A stretch of DNA of 63,534 bases, counting the filler, from Reclinomonas americana ATCC 50394 (Eukaryota): the NCBI GenBank assembly GCA_048213135.1. It is 7 parts of 5 records of this genome, joined end to end, with 100 filler letters (N's around TTAATTAATTAA, not from the genome) between each part and the next. Parts side by side here need not be neighbours in the genome. Positions count along the whole stretch, not along the records: positions 1 to 28,431 come from PS015135.1; 6 more parts are not named here. One strand, 5' to 3'. The position numbers and the translations under genes are program-made. The notes beneath the pieces were generated by a model. The model had not been told where the DNA came from. It saw only the letters and a list, made by a program, of their open reading frames with translations, and did no database searches. Of this stretch, positions 1 through 12,515 are shown one piece after another (position 1 is the first letter of the stretch; each line of letters starts with the position of its first letter).

Positions 1-506
1 TTACTCATCGCAATGGCATCGTCCAGCAGCGCCTGCGACTGCGATCGCGTCGAGGCCTTGTCCGACATGCCATCCAATCGCTTCCGCAGAGCCTCGTTCT
101 CCGTCTGCCACAGCTGTCTCCGCGCAGCCGGATCTGTCATCTCGCGCTTATCCGCGCCTGGACTCCGCAAAAGCACCTTGATCTCCTCGCTTCGTCGCGC
201 GTACTCCTCGGGAAAGTGCGTCGACAGTGTCGTCCGCAGAAAGAAATCCGGCTTGACTTGTGAGGGCGCATGTGTGACGCGCGCACGGCACACTGCGCAG
301 TCGAACTCCACGTCGCCTCCACTCAGTCGGTCGGCGCAGTACGCACAGAAGCGGTGCGAGCACGGCAGCGACACGGGATCAAACAGCAGATTGAGACACA
401 CAGGACATGAGAATGCCTCCATGGACAACCCTCCTCCTCCTCCTCCGCCTCCTCCATTGGCCTGTGCAGGCGGTGCAGTGTACAAGGGTGGAGGCTCGCC
501 CTCCAT
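1..506 (-). CDS. RING-HC (C3HC4) zinc-finger protein, probable E3 ligase; 3' end runs off the window
   Basis: Manual minus-strand translation, missing from the ORF track because no stop falls in the window: MEGEPPP...MEAFSCPVCLNLLFDPVSLPCSHRFCAYC...FDCAVCR...HFPEEYARR. Full C-x2-C...C-x-H-x2-C-x2-C...C-x2-C pattern. Confidence 0.85.
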   Translation of the reverse strand, partial: MEGEPPPLYTAPPAQANGGGGGGGGGLSMEAFSCPVCLNLLFDPVSLPCSHRFCAYCADRLSGGDVEFDCAVCRARVTHAPSQVKPDFFLRTTLSTHFPEEYARRSEEIKVLLRSPGADKREMTDPAARRQLWQTENEALRKRLDGMSDKASTRSQSQALLDDAIAMS

Positions 507-619
507 CGTCACTCGCACACACCACACACACAAGAGCGCGCGTGGGTGTATGCGAAAACGACTTGGTGATGAGTCATTGTCCGTGTTGTGGCGTTTCTGC
601 TCGTGTACAATACGTTTCC

Positions 620-1852
620 TCATGGCGGAAGACAGGTCGGTCTCTCACNNNNNNNNNNNNNNNNNNNNGCTCGGCCACCGCCATTGAGGCGTGTCATGAG
701 GTCGCGCAGGCGTGGTGCACCACCAGAATTCGGCGACCCTGCACCACCAGCACCGCGCACCGGCGACATGGAGAGCGAGTAGGAAGAGGAGCGCGTCCCC
801 ATTGAGCCGTGCGATGGCGGCGACCCTGCCGCGAAGCGCAACGCCCCAGTTGGCGACCGACCCAAAACCGGTAATGAACCACCACCACCACGTCCACCGG
901 GCGGACTTGTCACGACCGGTGGTGTCATGGAGAGGATGTTGGTGCCAGAGGCCAGTGTCGCTGCTAGTGGCACGCCCGGCGTCACGGGCGCGAGGTTGCG
1001 CGCCAGCTGGCGGAACTTGTTCATCTCATTGTCAAGGTCGGTCACCGTCTTGGCCAGCTGCAGCTCCTCTCTGATTTCCGCAGCAGTGAGTCACGGCGCC
1101 GTCGAAAGCAAAGCTAAAAAGGAGAAAAGGACACAACTTTCTGTGCCGCGGTTTCCGCGGCGATGGTGATCGCGACGGAGATCTGGTGGACGGTGCGCCT
1201 TGCTGCTGCTGTTGTTGCTGCTGCTGCTGCAGTGGTTGCTGGTGCGCGAGCTGCATGAGCAGTCGCCTCCTCCTTCGCCACTCCCGCTCCGCCTCCTCCT
1301 CTGCCGCCTCGTCCAACTCGCCCTCGTCCTCGTACACGTCGTCCGAGGCCACTGCCGACGGTGAAGCCGATAACCGTCGCATTCCGCCCCGCGTGCTGAC
1401 GCCACCATTGGTGCTCGACGAGCGCGACTTGCCATTCACTGTCACACCCTGCCGCGATCGCCCTCGCCGTTCGTCCTCCGACAGCGGCGTAAAGAGCGCC
1501 GCAATGGCATGTGCTGCTGCGCGACCCATCGGTCGCGACAGGAGCTCCACTGGCACCGTCGGGTTGAGATACGAGTTGGCAGACTGTGCAAGACGGGAGG
1601 GAGGGAGTGAGTTGCGGCGGAAGTAAAGCCAGCGTGCTGCTGCGCGCTTGCTCGCTCTCTCTTACCGTGGCCACTGTCGACAACGAAGCCATGGCTGCGG
1701 CGGGCGACGCAGCTGCTCCCCCACCATTGGCAGCGGGCGACTGCGACGACACCGCCTCCAATCGCTTCTTGACCTCGTCCTGCTGACTGCGCACGTCCTT
1801 GACCTTGGTGAGGAGGTCCTTGACGGCGCGCTGGAACGACGATCCCGCATCG
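620..1852 (-). CDS. Hypothetical Ser/Pro/Gln-rich protein with short coiled coils; 3 exons visible, 5' part in a gap
   Basis: Exons ~1852-1666, ~1583-1138 and ~1070-620 join in frame across GT-AG introns (donors 1665 GTAAGA, 1137 GTTGTGT). The start may be the ATGs at 3738/3768 on the flipped contig. Confidence 0.6.
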
Positions 1853-2653
1853 NNNNNNNNNNNNNNNNNNNNNNNNNNNNNNNNNNNNNNNNNNNNNNNN
1901 NNNNNNNNNNNNNNNNNNNNNNNNNNNNNNNNNNNNNNNNNNNNNNNNNNNNNNNNNNNNNNNNNNNNNNNNNNNNNNNNNNNNNNNNNNNNNNNNNNNN
2001 NNNNNNNNNNNNNNNNNNNNNNNNNNNNNNNNNNNNNNNNNNNNNNNNNNNNNNNNNNNNNNNNNNNNNNNNNNNNNNNNNNNNNNNNNNNNNNNNNNNN
2101 NNNNNNNNNNNNNNNNNNNNNNNNNNNNNNNNNNNNNNNNNNNNNNNNNNNNNNNNNNNNNNNNNNNNNNNNNNNNNNNNNNNNNNNNNNNNNNNNNNNN
2201 NNNNNNNNNNNNNNNNNNNNNNNNNNNNNNNNNNNNNNNNNNNNNNNNNNNNNNNNNNNNNNNNNNNNNNNNNNNNNNNNNNNNNNNNNNNNNNNNNNNN
2301 NNNNNNNNNNNNNNNNNNNNNNNNNNNNNNNNNNNNNNNNNNNNNNNNNNNNNNNNNNNNNNNNNNNNNNNNNNNNNNNNNNNNNNNNNNNNNNNNNNNN
2401 NNNNNNNNNNNNNNNNNNNNNNNNNNNNNNNNNNNNNNNNNNNNNNNNNNNNNNNNNNNNNNNNNNNNNNNNNNNNNNNNNNNNNNNNNNNNNNNNNNNN
2501 NNNNNNNNNNNNNNNNNNNNNNNNNNNNNNNNNNNNNNNNNNNNNNNNNNNNNNNNNNNNNNNNNNNNNNNNNNNNNNNNNNNNNNNNNNNNNNNNNNNN
2601 NNNNNNNNNNNNNNNNNNNNNNNNNNNNNNNNNNNNNNNNNNNNNNNNNNNAG

Positions 2654-3250
2654 GACGCTCCAAGCACGGACGCGGCCATGTCAAGTTCGTCCGCTGCGAC
2701 AACTGCAACTGCACACCGCCCAAGGTCAGTCGTTGAATCACGTGACTGTGTGTGTGAGAGTGAAGAAAGAGAAGAGAGAAAGGAGGGAGGGAATGCAGGA
2801 GGATCCACCACTGTGACGAGGCTGCTGTGTGTGTGTGTACCGTGGGTAGTCATAGAGAGCAAGGGGTGCAAGAGAGAGTGAAAGAGTGTGAGAGAGGCGG
2901 GGTCCATGTCTGAGGACATGTCTGACTGGCAACACTCCACACCACAGGACAAGGCTATCAAGCGATTCATTGTGCGCAACCTGGTGGAGGCTGCCGCCCA
3001 GCGTGATGTGACTGAGGCCAGCGTCTACAGCGGTGAGCAACCGGGGAAACAGCACCAGTAGCATGACTCGACTGGATGACTGATGATGATGGTGATTGCA
3101 TGCACAGAGTACCAAATCCCCAAGATGTACCGCAAGATGTACTACTGTGTGTCGTGCGCCATCCACGCCCGCATTGTGCGCGTGCGCGCCAAGAAGGACC
3201 GCAAGATCCGCGAGCCGCCTCGCCGTGGTCGCGGTGGTGCTGTTGCGTAA
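2654..3250 (+). CDS. RPS26: 40S ribosomal protein S26 (eS26), exons 2-4
   Basis: Exons 2654-2724, 2948-3032 and 3108-3250 splice to [45 protein letters not shown]...[23 protein letters not shown], clear eS26 sequence. Confidence 0.96.
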
Positions 3251-4848
3251 CCAAACCTGCCTCCGTCTAGCAATCTCTTGCAAGTTGCCTGATTGTGTGC
3301 GTGTGCGTGTGTGTGTAAGCAGCAGCGCGGCGGTGCTGCTGCCCGCGCCTAAGCTCCGTTGTGGTTGTCGTTGGTCGGGTTAGCGGCCCGTGACGCCGGT
3401 TTCGCTGCTGGAGCAGTCATCTGTATCATCATCATCTTGTTTCTCATTACCGGAGACGGGGAGGAAGGAGGAGGGAGGAGAGACATGCCGCCCGCTGTGT
3501 CTTCTTCTTTTGTGTACCTCCCCGTGTTTGTTTGTTGAAGAGTTTGTGTGTATGTGGGTGGCGGTGTAGCGGTGCTGGTGACTCGGGCAGTTAGTCTAGG
3601 GTGTGCGAGTGAATTACAGCAGAACTTCCGCAGCTGGTGGTGGTGGTGGTGTGATTATGCGTAATTTTTTTCATTCCTGCTGGCACCCTCATCTTCTTGC
3701 ACCACCGGTACTGGTGGCAAAGTAGGAATTCGAGAGCATGCTAGCGGTAGCAGTGGGAAGTACAGGCATGGAGCCGAGTCCGGTTGATGGCGGNNNNNNN
3801 NNNNNNNNNNNNNNNNNNNNNNNNNNNNNNNNNNNNNNNNNNNNNNNNNNNNNNNNNNNNNNNNNNNNNNNNNNNNNNNNNNNNNNNNNNNNNNNNNNNN
3901 NNNNNNNNNNNNNNNNNNNNNNNNNNNNNNNNNNNNNNNNNNNNNNNNNNNNNNNNNNNNNNNNNNNNNNNNNNNNNNNNNNNNNNNNNNNNNNNNNNNN
4001 NNNNNNNNNNNNNNNNNNNNNNNNNNNNNNNNNNNNNNNNNNNNNNNNNNNNNNNNNNNNNNNNNNNNNNNNNNNNNNNNNNNNNNNNNNNNNNNNNNNN
4101 NNNNNNNNNNNNNNNNNNNNNNNNNNNNNNNNNNNNNNNNNNNNNNNNNNNNNNNNNNNNNNNNNNNNNNNNNNNNNNNNNNNNNNNNNNNNNNNNNNNN
4201 NNNNNNNNNNNNNNNNNNNNNNNNNNNNNNNNNNNNNNNNNNNNNNNNNNNNNNNNNNNNNNNNNNNNNNNNNNNNNNNNNNNNNNNNNNNNNNNNNNNN
4301 NNNNNNNNNNNNNNNNNNNNNNNNNNNNNNNNNNNNNNNNNNNNNNNNNNNNNNNNNNNNNNNNNNNNNNNNNNNNNNNNNNNNNNNNNNNNNNNNNNNN
4401 NNNNNNNNNNNNNNNNNNNNNNNNNNNNNNNNNNNNNNNNNNNNNNNNNNNNNNNNNNNNNNNNNNNNNNNNNNNNNNNNNNNNNNNNNNNNNNNNNNNN
4501 NNNNNNNNNNNNNNNNNNNNNNNNNNNNNNNNNNNNNNNNNNNNNNNNNNNNNNNNNNNNNNNNNNNNNNNNNNNNNNNNNNNNNNNNNNNNNNNNNNNN
4601 NNNNNNNNNNNNNNNNNNNNNNNNNNNNNNNNNNNNNNNNNNNNNNNNNNNNNNNNNNNNNNNNNNNNNNNNNNNNNNNNNNNNNNNNNNNNNNNNNNNN
4701 NNNNNNNNNNNNNNNNNNNNNNNNNNNNNNNNNNNNNNNNNNNNNNNNNNNNNNNNNNNNNNNNNNNNNNNNNGGAGAGCGAGAACGAGTGCGCGTGAGT
4801 GTCATGTCACACACACCGACTGACTCCACAAAAGACACTCTCACTCAC

Positions 4849-4873
4849 CGCCGTTTCGGCGCTTAGTCGTCAT
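4849..4873 (-). CDS. RPS26: RPS26 exon 1 (MTTKRRNG-G), on the opposite strand to exons 2-4
   Basis: ATG ACG ACT AAG CGC CGA AAC GGC G|gtgagt matches the eS26 N-terminus; the phase-1 end fits exon 2 (ag|GA CGC). Confidence 0.88.
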
Positions 4874-5212
4874 GTTTCGGCAAACAGAAGATTGTCAACG
4901 AGTGACCAGGAGAACTCTGTGCGCGCGTGCGCGTGAGCAACAAAAAACGCCATGTGTGCCATGCACATTCACAACAACACGCACACACACGCACACACAA
5001 CGACAAGCAGAGAACATGAAGACACCGAAAGAGAGCACGTGGAGACACCTGACTAGCACACACAGATACGCAGAGACGCACACGTGTGTGTGAGTGCTTT
5101 GCGACCACGCAACTTTCGTGTGATGAGCCAATCGATTGGGTCGGACGGTGAAAGTCACTTTGATCACGCGCATTTCTGATTGTGACAGAGAGCCAGGAGT
5201 GGGGAGAGGAGA

Positions 5213-8152
5213 ATGGGAGACCGCCTTGCACGCTCCATATATATTCCGCGACTCCATCGCGATGTTGCGTGCAAGAAAAACGAAAGCAGTCTATGCAAGT
5301 CTCAGTCTCTCACTCACTCATTGCACTCTCTGTGTATACACACAGACCAATGACAAGGCGCTTTGTGAATTTGTGCTCTCGCGATTCAAGAATCGCGGGG
5401 TTGTTGTCACGGATGTGCTCTCCAATCGAGCGCCCGAGGGACACAAGTGGGCCATTGTGGAGCTGAGTACGGAGGCAGCTGCAGCGACAGTGCTGCGCGA
5501 GTTGCAGGGCGTGGACATTGATGCGGAGGGCATTGTGTCGCGAGAGTTGCGTTGTCCAAGTCGCATGCGGAGATGAGCCGCCCGCACAGATGCTCACTCT
5601 TCATGCAACTCGTGCAGTGTGCGACCAAAGATGGCGGCGAGACCGATTCAGCGTGGCGCCAACAAGGGTCCGTTTGGTGCGCCGTCGCCTGCACCCTCGA
5701 CCGCATCGTCGGCGTCGTCGTCGTCGTCCTCGCTGTCGTCGTCGTCGTCGTCGTCGTCGTCTGGATCGGCGTCGCGGTCCGGGCGGGCGTCTGCGCCCAG
5801 CGTTGTGCAATCGCCGGCGGCTGTCGCAGCGACTGCGAAGGCAGCGGCGGCGGCAGCAGCAGCGGCGGCGGCGCACGTGGTGCATCATCACCATCACCAT
5901 CACCACCACTACGCCAATGCGGCGGCGGCGAATGAGAAGACGGCGGCTCGAAGTGGCGGCAACAGCAGCAGTGCTGCCGCCGCCACCGCCAATGGGGGGA
6001 GCGCGTGGTTCAGGCCAACGTCGGCAACCGCCGCTGCTGCTGCGGATGTTGTCGCGGTGAAATCATCGGCGCCACCGCAAGCGCACACCGCCACAACCGT
6101 CCCTCCCACCACTGCTGCGGCTGTGGTGACCATGCCAGTGGCGGATCCATTTGCGTCGAGTGGCGAATCCGTAGGTTTGCCACTACGACCGCCATCCGCC
6201 ATGTCTGCACGTGCAGGTGTGCGTCCAGCGGCGCCCCAGTCGCGTGCTGCTGCTGCCGCGCTGTCATCGCCATTCATGTCGGCGGCGTCGGCGTATTCCG
6301 ACTTTGATGCCGACGCCGATGTGGACGCGTTTGCCGCCTCGCTGCTGGCCGATGTCGACGACGATTATGACGACGACGACGACGGCGGTGGTGGTGGTGC
6401 TCTCTTCCACAGACACAAGAGTGCGTCGAGCGCAAGGCCACCCCTGCATGCAACTCCCGCACCGGCGTCCCTGGTGTCTGCCACGACCACGGCCTCCGCG
6501 AAAACGAATACGCATGGAGCACCACGAGCCAACGGCAGATTAGGCGGCGATCACGCACCAATGTCGGCGGCCGCGTCGGCGCCGCTCCGTGTTGCTGCCT
6601 CGTTGTCGCTGCAAGTGGCGGCTCCGGTTGTCGGCCTGTCGCGAAATGTGAGCAACAGCTCCAGTCGCGCACCACGACCGACAGCTGGTGTCACTAGTTC
6701 AACTGCCACCGCGGCTGCTACCGCTGCTGCACCACCGTCCCGACAGTCGACCAACGAATTCACCGAAGACGATGTGGCGCGAGGTGTGTGTGCGTCACTT
6801 GGCAGGGAACTGATTCCTTCATGCGCTCCCCTCATCACCGCCGCCGCACACACACAGGTATCGTGTACGTTGGGCGCCTGGCCGGTGTTCCACGAATTCG
6901 CGTTCTCGAAGAATTCAGCAAACGGTACGGACGCATCACGTCGGCGTCACACAAGGACGACAAGACGCCGTACTGCATCATTGGCTTCGCGAGCACCGAC
7001 GCCACACGGCGCGCACTTGCCGACCCCGAGCCACCCATGTTTACTAATCGCCGAATCCGGTTGCGTCCAAGTGTTGCTCGTTTTGCTTTTGTTTCCTGCA
7101 CACTCTCATCCGCTGCGCGCACGCTCCAGAATCAAGCCCTACAAACGCTCCCTGCGGAGTGAAGTCCGAGGCAACCGGCTCGCGACTCTGGTTGACAGCA
7201 TGCTCACGCGGTCGCCACCATCCGCCTCGCAAGAGTTGGTGGATGTGGTGAATTCGCTGGAAGTGGTACAAATGGATGTGCAGGCGGCGCACTTGTGCGA
7301 CGAGATTGTCGCGGTAGAGATGCAGCTTCGCGACATGCCGCAGGTGAAGATCACGGCTTGAACTCCTTCGACTTGCCGACATGCTCACGCCAGACATGTG
7401 TGTTGCAGGGCACGGAGCGCAGGGCCATGATTGGGCGGCTACGTTCTGCCGTCGATCGCCTGAGTCAAATGGCCAACGAGTATGCCGAGCGGATGGCGAC
7501 GGACGAGACTCCCGACGTGGCGTGCACCGAGGAGGATATGTTGCGTGCGCGCGTGCTGGCATGTGCGTGTGCTTGTGCGTGAGTGTTTGCTCAAATCGAT
7601 TGGTCGTGCCAGCTGCCCGATTTGCCATTCGGGCCTGTCGGAGAGTGAATCGGTACGGCTGCAATGCGCTCACGACTTCCACCGGCAATGTCTGGTGGAG
7701 TGGGCCAAGATCGACAAGCAGGATACGTGCCCGATCTGCCGAGGCCCTGTCGACCGACAGGCGCTGGGAATCACCGAAGTGTTGCAGAAGCAGCCGGAGG
7801 AGGCCGAGTTGCGCGACTTGGCACTCGCTCTGCGATTGCAGTTGCAACTGGCTCCACCAGGTTTGGGAAGAAGGCTGTGCATTGTTATCTAGCGCCGCCT
7901 CAACCCTTGTCGCTGCTGCGAACAGGACGCGAGCGAGATGCCATGGAACAGAAGCTGCGTGACATTCAGGACAAGTTGCCGGTCGCCGTCGATCACGGGC
8001 TGGCCAGCCGCACGTCGTCGCAACCCGAGGAGTGGGTAATGCACTCGGCGCGAAGAGTGACAAGCGGCGGCGGCGGTGGCGGCGCCAGCAGCAGCGGCAG
8101 TAGCAGCAGTATCGGTGGCGTCGCTGCACCGAGGCGTGGAGGACGACGATGA
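5213..8152 (+). CDS. Multi-exon protein with two RRM-like domains, a low-complexity linker (poly-Ser/Ala/His) and a C-terminal RING-H2
   Basis: RRM1: SIYIPRLHRD|TNDKALCEF...WAIVELST. RRM2: GIVYVGRLAG...YCIIGFAS. RING-H2: CPICH...CAHDFHRQC...CPICR. Seven introns join in frame (donors 5264, 5546, 6784, 7060, 7344, 7540, 7861). Confidence 0.8.
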
Positions 8153-8293
8153 TTTCTCTCTGTCCTCTGTCGCTCACTCCCCCCCAATCTACAAGATGTA
8201 ACAAAAGAAAAAAACGCATATCCACCCAACAGTGTGTACGCGAACCGTGCATTTATATTCAATTAGCCAACAAGCAGCTCGCACACACACACA

Positions 8294-11200
8294 TTATCCG
8301 TCGACAGAGTACGGGCGAACGCGACCAATGCTGCGAATCTCACGGCCGCCGTAGTTTTGCAAAACCTCTAGCCGGAACACGCGGACGTCGGTCGCCGCCT
8401 CGGTGAAATCTATAAACAGCGAGGTACCGTTGGAGACAATCGGGATCAGGTACTCGCCACAGTCGACTTGCGACATGCCACCAGAAGCCGCGCCTCCTTC
8501 ACCAAAGCACACGACACGCATGACTCGAGGCTGTGAACGCGCACAACCCTTATTTTACAAGTTGCTTTTGGGGAAATGGAGCACAATCATGCAAACCTGC
8601 GACGGCCAGCCCTCCAGCGAGTGCTCCACCTCCAGCCGGAAGCCGGCGATACGCATCGGCGCACCAAACATCAACTCGAGCGCAGGCGGATCCGTAAACT
8701 GGCCGAGAGACAGTGAGCGGAAGACGAGAAGAGTAAACATGCGCGACAAATCGAGAGCACCTTGCGCTGCTGATCCACAGGCACCATGGTCTTTTCGGTG
8801 AGAGCGCGCGCCACCATTGTGGTGGCATATTTCGGCACGTAGGCGTTCGTGAAGCGATGCGGATGCAACGGAGCAGCAGTGCTCGTTGGTTCTCCACTGC
8901 AACAAGGTGAGTCCCGCAGGCTGCAAAAGGGGAGAATCATGAAGACGCAACGCGGCAGCGGCCGTGGCCACGGCGGCAGTGGAGTCCGTGCCGCCAGAGT
9001 GCAGCGCCATTGAGATGCGACGAGTGGATGGAGGGTGTGGGTGGGGCTGCGATCCGTGTGGATGCGGTCGGTGATGGTGCAGGCCAGGCGAGTCCAGGTT
9101 GTGCACCGACGACTGCAGCGTCGCTTGCACGTCACCGTGTGCACTCGATGCAGCCGGACTCCAATTCGTGAACGGGTAGCCGAGCACGTGCAGGCGGTGA
9201 ATTCTCAACCGACACGTCGGCTCCACCACATGAGGCCTCGTGAATCGCACGCAGACCACTCGCCCAGTTACCGGCTGCGCCAGTGCGCCCAACAACGACG
9301 ACGACATGGGCGACGATGTGACTGACGAATGCATGGCTTCGGCTGGCCATCTCCACAGATCGATAAAGATTTCGCAGTTGACGAGTGCGCGATTGACACC
9401 AGACGCCGAAGCTCCCGGATCTACGACACCGTGAGTGCCACAGGTGGTAGGGGAGGAGGAATACACATACATACACACGAACACGCACCGACAGCACTGA
9501 CAGTGTGCGCCAGATCAGCCTCGGGGTGGCGCGGACGCACAACAATGCCACTGGCGTCATCGCCAGTGTCGTCGTCGCTAGGCTGACGACCGGCAACCTC
9601 GGCCAAATTCCACCGACCGACCTCGGAGAGGGTGCTCAGGTCGTCGCCCACCTCCACCGTCACAATCGGTATCTGTCCATGCTCGTAGCTGCCAGTCGCC
9701 AGTCAGCCACGAGAGAGAGAGAGACGAGGGGTGAAGAACAGAGAGAAGCTCTGCTGTCACCACTCACCCCGCACTGTCGGTGACGAGGCACAATTTGGTG
9801 AGGTGCGACGGCGTCGGCAGCACAATCACAAAGTCGCAGGTGGAGACGTGCATGGGGGCCCACCACGACTGCAGCGGCAGCACATCGGGCGCACACAGCG
9901 CCACTTCTGCGGGAGCCGATGTGGAACCGACGGGCTGCGTGCACGGCAACGTGAGAGAATGACTAGAGTGGGCAAAAAAAAAAAAGACACGAGACGCACC
10001 ACTTGGTTCACCACCGCCGCATGTGGGAACTCAGACAACACAATCTCCGAGGAGGCGATGCGGTACGAGCGGCTGGTGCGCGTGTGCGGCGACAGGCCAG
10101 AGAAGAGAAGCTCCTTGTCCCACAGCCGTTTCGACACCTCCTCAGCCTCCTCCTCGTGACGACCTGCGACAGCATCGGTCAGGCAGGGCAGTCAAGACAA
10201 CTCAGGGGTCACACAGCACACAACGCAACGAGCAGCCATGACCAGCTCGCCCAACACATGCTGCTGGTACGCGAGGACGTCGTGACAGCGTGAGCACACA
10301 CGATGCGAGGCGTCCCAGTCGAACTCCATGATCTGCGCACAGTGTGACAGTCAGCAATTATCGGGGAACAAAAACACGGGAACCCATAAAGCCCACTCAA
10401 CTTGCCACTTGGACGGCGCCAGGCACTTGGTGCAGAACGAATGGCGGCAGTATCGGCAGCTCTTGCGGGTGCCGAAACGACCAAACTCCTTCTGGCACTT
10501 GTGGCACATGACCTCCGACTTGGCCATGTTCTGACGAATCATTTTTTCGGCACGCTGCATTCCCCGCGAACGCATGTCAGACAGACGTGCGAGAGGAGTC
10601 TCCTGGAATTACACAACAGTACCTCATCGCGACGGTGCACAAAGCGATTCGGGTTAAAGTGCGCCGCATGCAGACCGAGACGGAGGAGCACCATGTCACG
10701 CTGTGCGTCAGGGTGAGTCGCACGAACGAAAGGAACTTGCACGGTACGCTGCAAGCACTTGCCTCCTTTGGTGACAGTTCCAAGCGTAACCGCACACTCT
10801 CGAGCGCCAGCGCCAGTGTGAACGACATGCCAGTGGGGCGCTTGACGCCATAGTTGTACGCGACGCCGACCACTTGGTCGTTGATCAGCTCCTCGGCCGA
10901 GGCGAGAGCCAACGCAGAGCCGAGGTTGCTGGTGACGCCGGAGGCTGCCGCCGCCGCCGCCGTTGCTGTCGTCGAATCTCCAGCTGCAGCCAAGCTCTCC
11001 TGCGCCAACAGGCCCAGTCGCAGCGGTGGTGGACCACGATCGCTGTAGTCCTGGAACGACGTGTAGTGGCGCACCAGCATTTCGTAGGCGCGCTGTGGTC
11101 GACGAGAATTCATAAGACAGAGACTGGTGGGTGGTGGGTGAGACGAGGCTACCGCACCATGCGATCCTCCGTGTGCTCGGCGGTTTTGCGCTCGACCGCA

Positions 11201-12126
11201 GCAGTGGCGCCGTCACCCAGCGAGTCCAGTTGAGCACTCTGGTGCTTCCTGCCAGTGACACCCGCCGCCGTCTCTGTCTCCTTGCGCAGCAGCAGCTGAA
11301 CTTTTTCACCCACCATCTCCACCTGCAAGAGTAGAAGAGGAAGGGGTGAGTGAGCGGAGAGGCATGGTACGGGGCAGGAAGAAATAACGCACCGACTGTC
11401 GCTGGTAGATGCCGTTGAGCTCCAGCTGGTGGACAATAAACAAGTGAGTGAGAAGCAGATGGCACGCCAACAAACTGTCGCCGTGACACGCACCCGAACA
11501 TCCACCGGCGACAGCTTTCGGTGCTTGTCGACGCCAAACACTTCAATGTTGCGCAGCACCATCTGTGCGTCGCCCGGTGGTCCGCGGAAAATGAGTTGTA
11601 CGGCACGCACCAAGCGACGGAATCGCGGCGTCGAAGCTGCAGCACAGAATAACGGCTTCAGCAGCAGACACAAGAAAACTGAAAAAGTCCAGGATGGGCG
11701 CAACTCGAGCCATCAAAGTCGTAGAGGGTAGAGTACGCTGTGGAGCCCGAGATGCGCGGAGGCATGGTGAACACCATGCGCGTCTCGTCCAAACATTTGG
11801 GAATGTACACATCCTGTGCGCACACGACAGGCTGTCGGCGATGAAATCGACACACATAAGCTCGTCTTCCACTTGCCTGCAACGCCACGTCCATGTCGTC
11901 GAGGTACTTGCCGACCAGAATGTCCATGTAGCGGGTGGCATTCACGTTGCGCAGCGTGAGCGCAATCATCGACAGCTGCACGTACTCGGGAAGCACCAGC
12001 CACAGCTGCACGGCCTCCGGGCAGCCGGGCAACTCGAACGGCTCGGCCTTGGGTCGCGGAGACGAGGCGGCTGGCTCGGGTGAGGATGCAGCAGGCGCCG
12101 CATCACCTGTGTGTGTGTGAGGGAGG

Positions 12127-12172
<46 letters not shown>

Positions 12173-12474
12173 CGTACGACGCGACGAGACGTACGTACGT
12201 TGTGTCGTCGTCGTCGTTCGTCCGTACCCGACCCAACCGTAACCGTACCGTACCCGTACCGAACTACGTTCNNNNNNNNNNNNNNNNNNNNNNNNNNNNN
12301 NNNNNNNNNNNNNNNNNNNNNNNNNNNNNNNNNNNNNNNNNNNNNNNNNNNNNNNNNNNNNNNNNNNNNNNNNNNNNNNNNNNNNNNACGGTACGGACGG
12401 TCGTACGGTACGGTACGGTACGGTACGTACGGTAGGTAGGTACGGTACGGAGGTAGGAGGAGGTAGGAGGAGAG

Positions 12475-12515
<41 letters not shown>

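Noticed and set aside
1114-4866. Several-hundred-aa ORFs spanning N gaps (also 19371-20916, 53316-54911)
   Set aside because: Their length comes from runs of N, not from coding sequence.
5295-5345. GC-AG intron starting GCAAGT at 5295
   Set aside because: A better model uses ATG 5213 and donor 5264 (GTTGCGT), which supplies the RNP2-like SIYIPRL of the RRM.
12170-12470. Odd TACG/GTAC/CGTA-rich tracts beside gaps (also ~15345-15418, 36849-36970, 53635-53721, 54520-54560)
   Set aside because: They always follow a long dinucleotide run and end at an N gap. This is consistent with out-of-phase pyrosequencing read tails (TACG flow order), not biological repeats.
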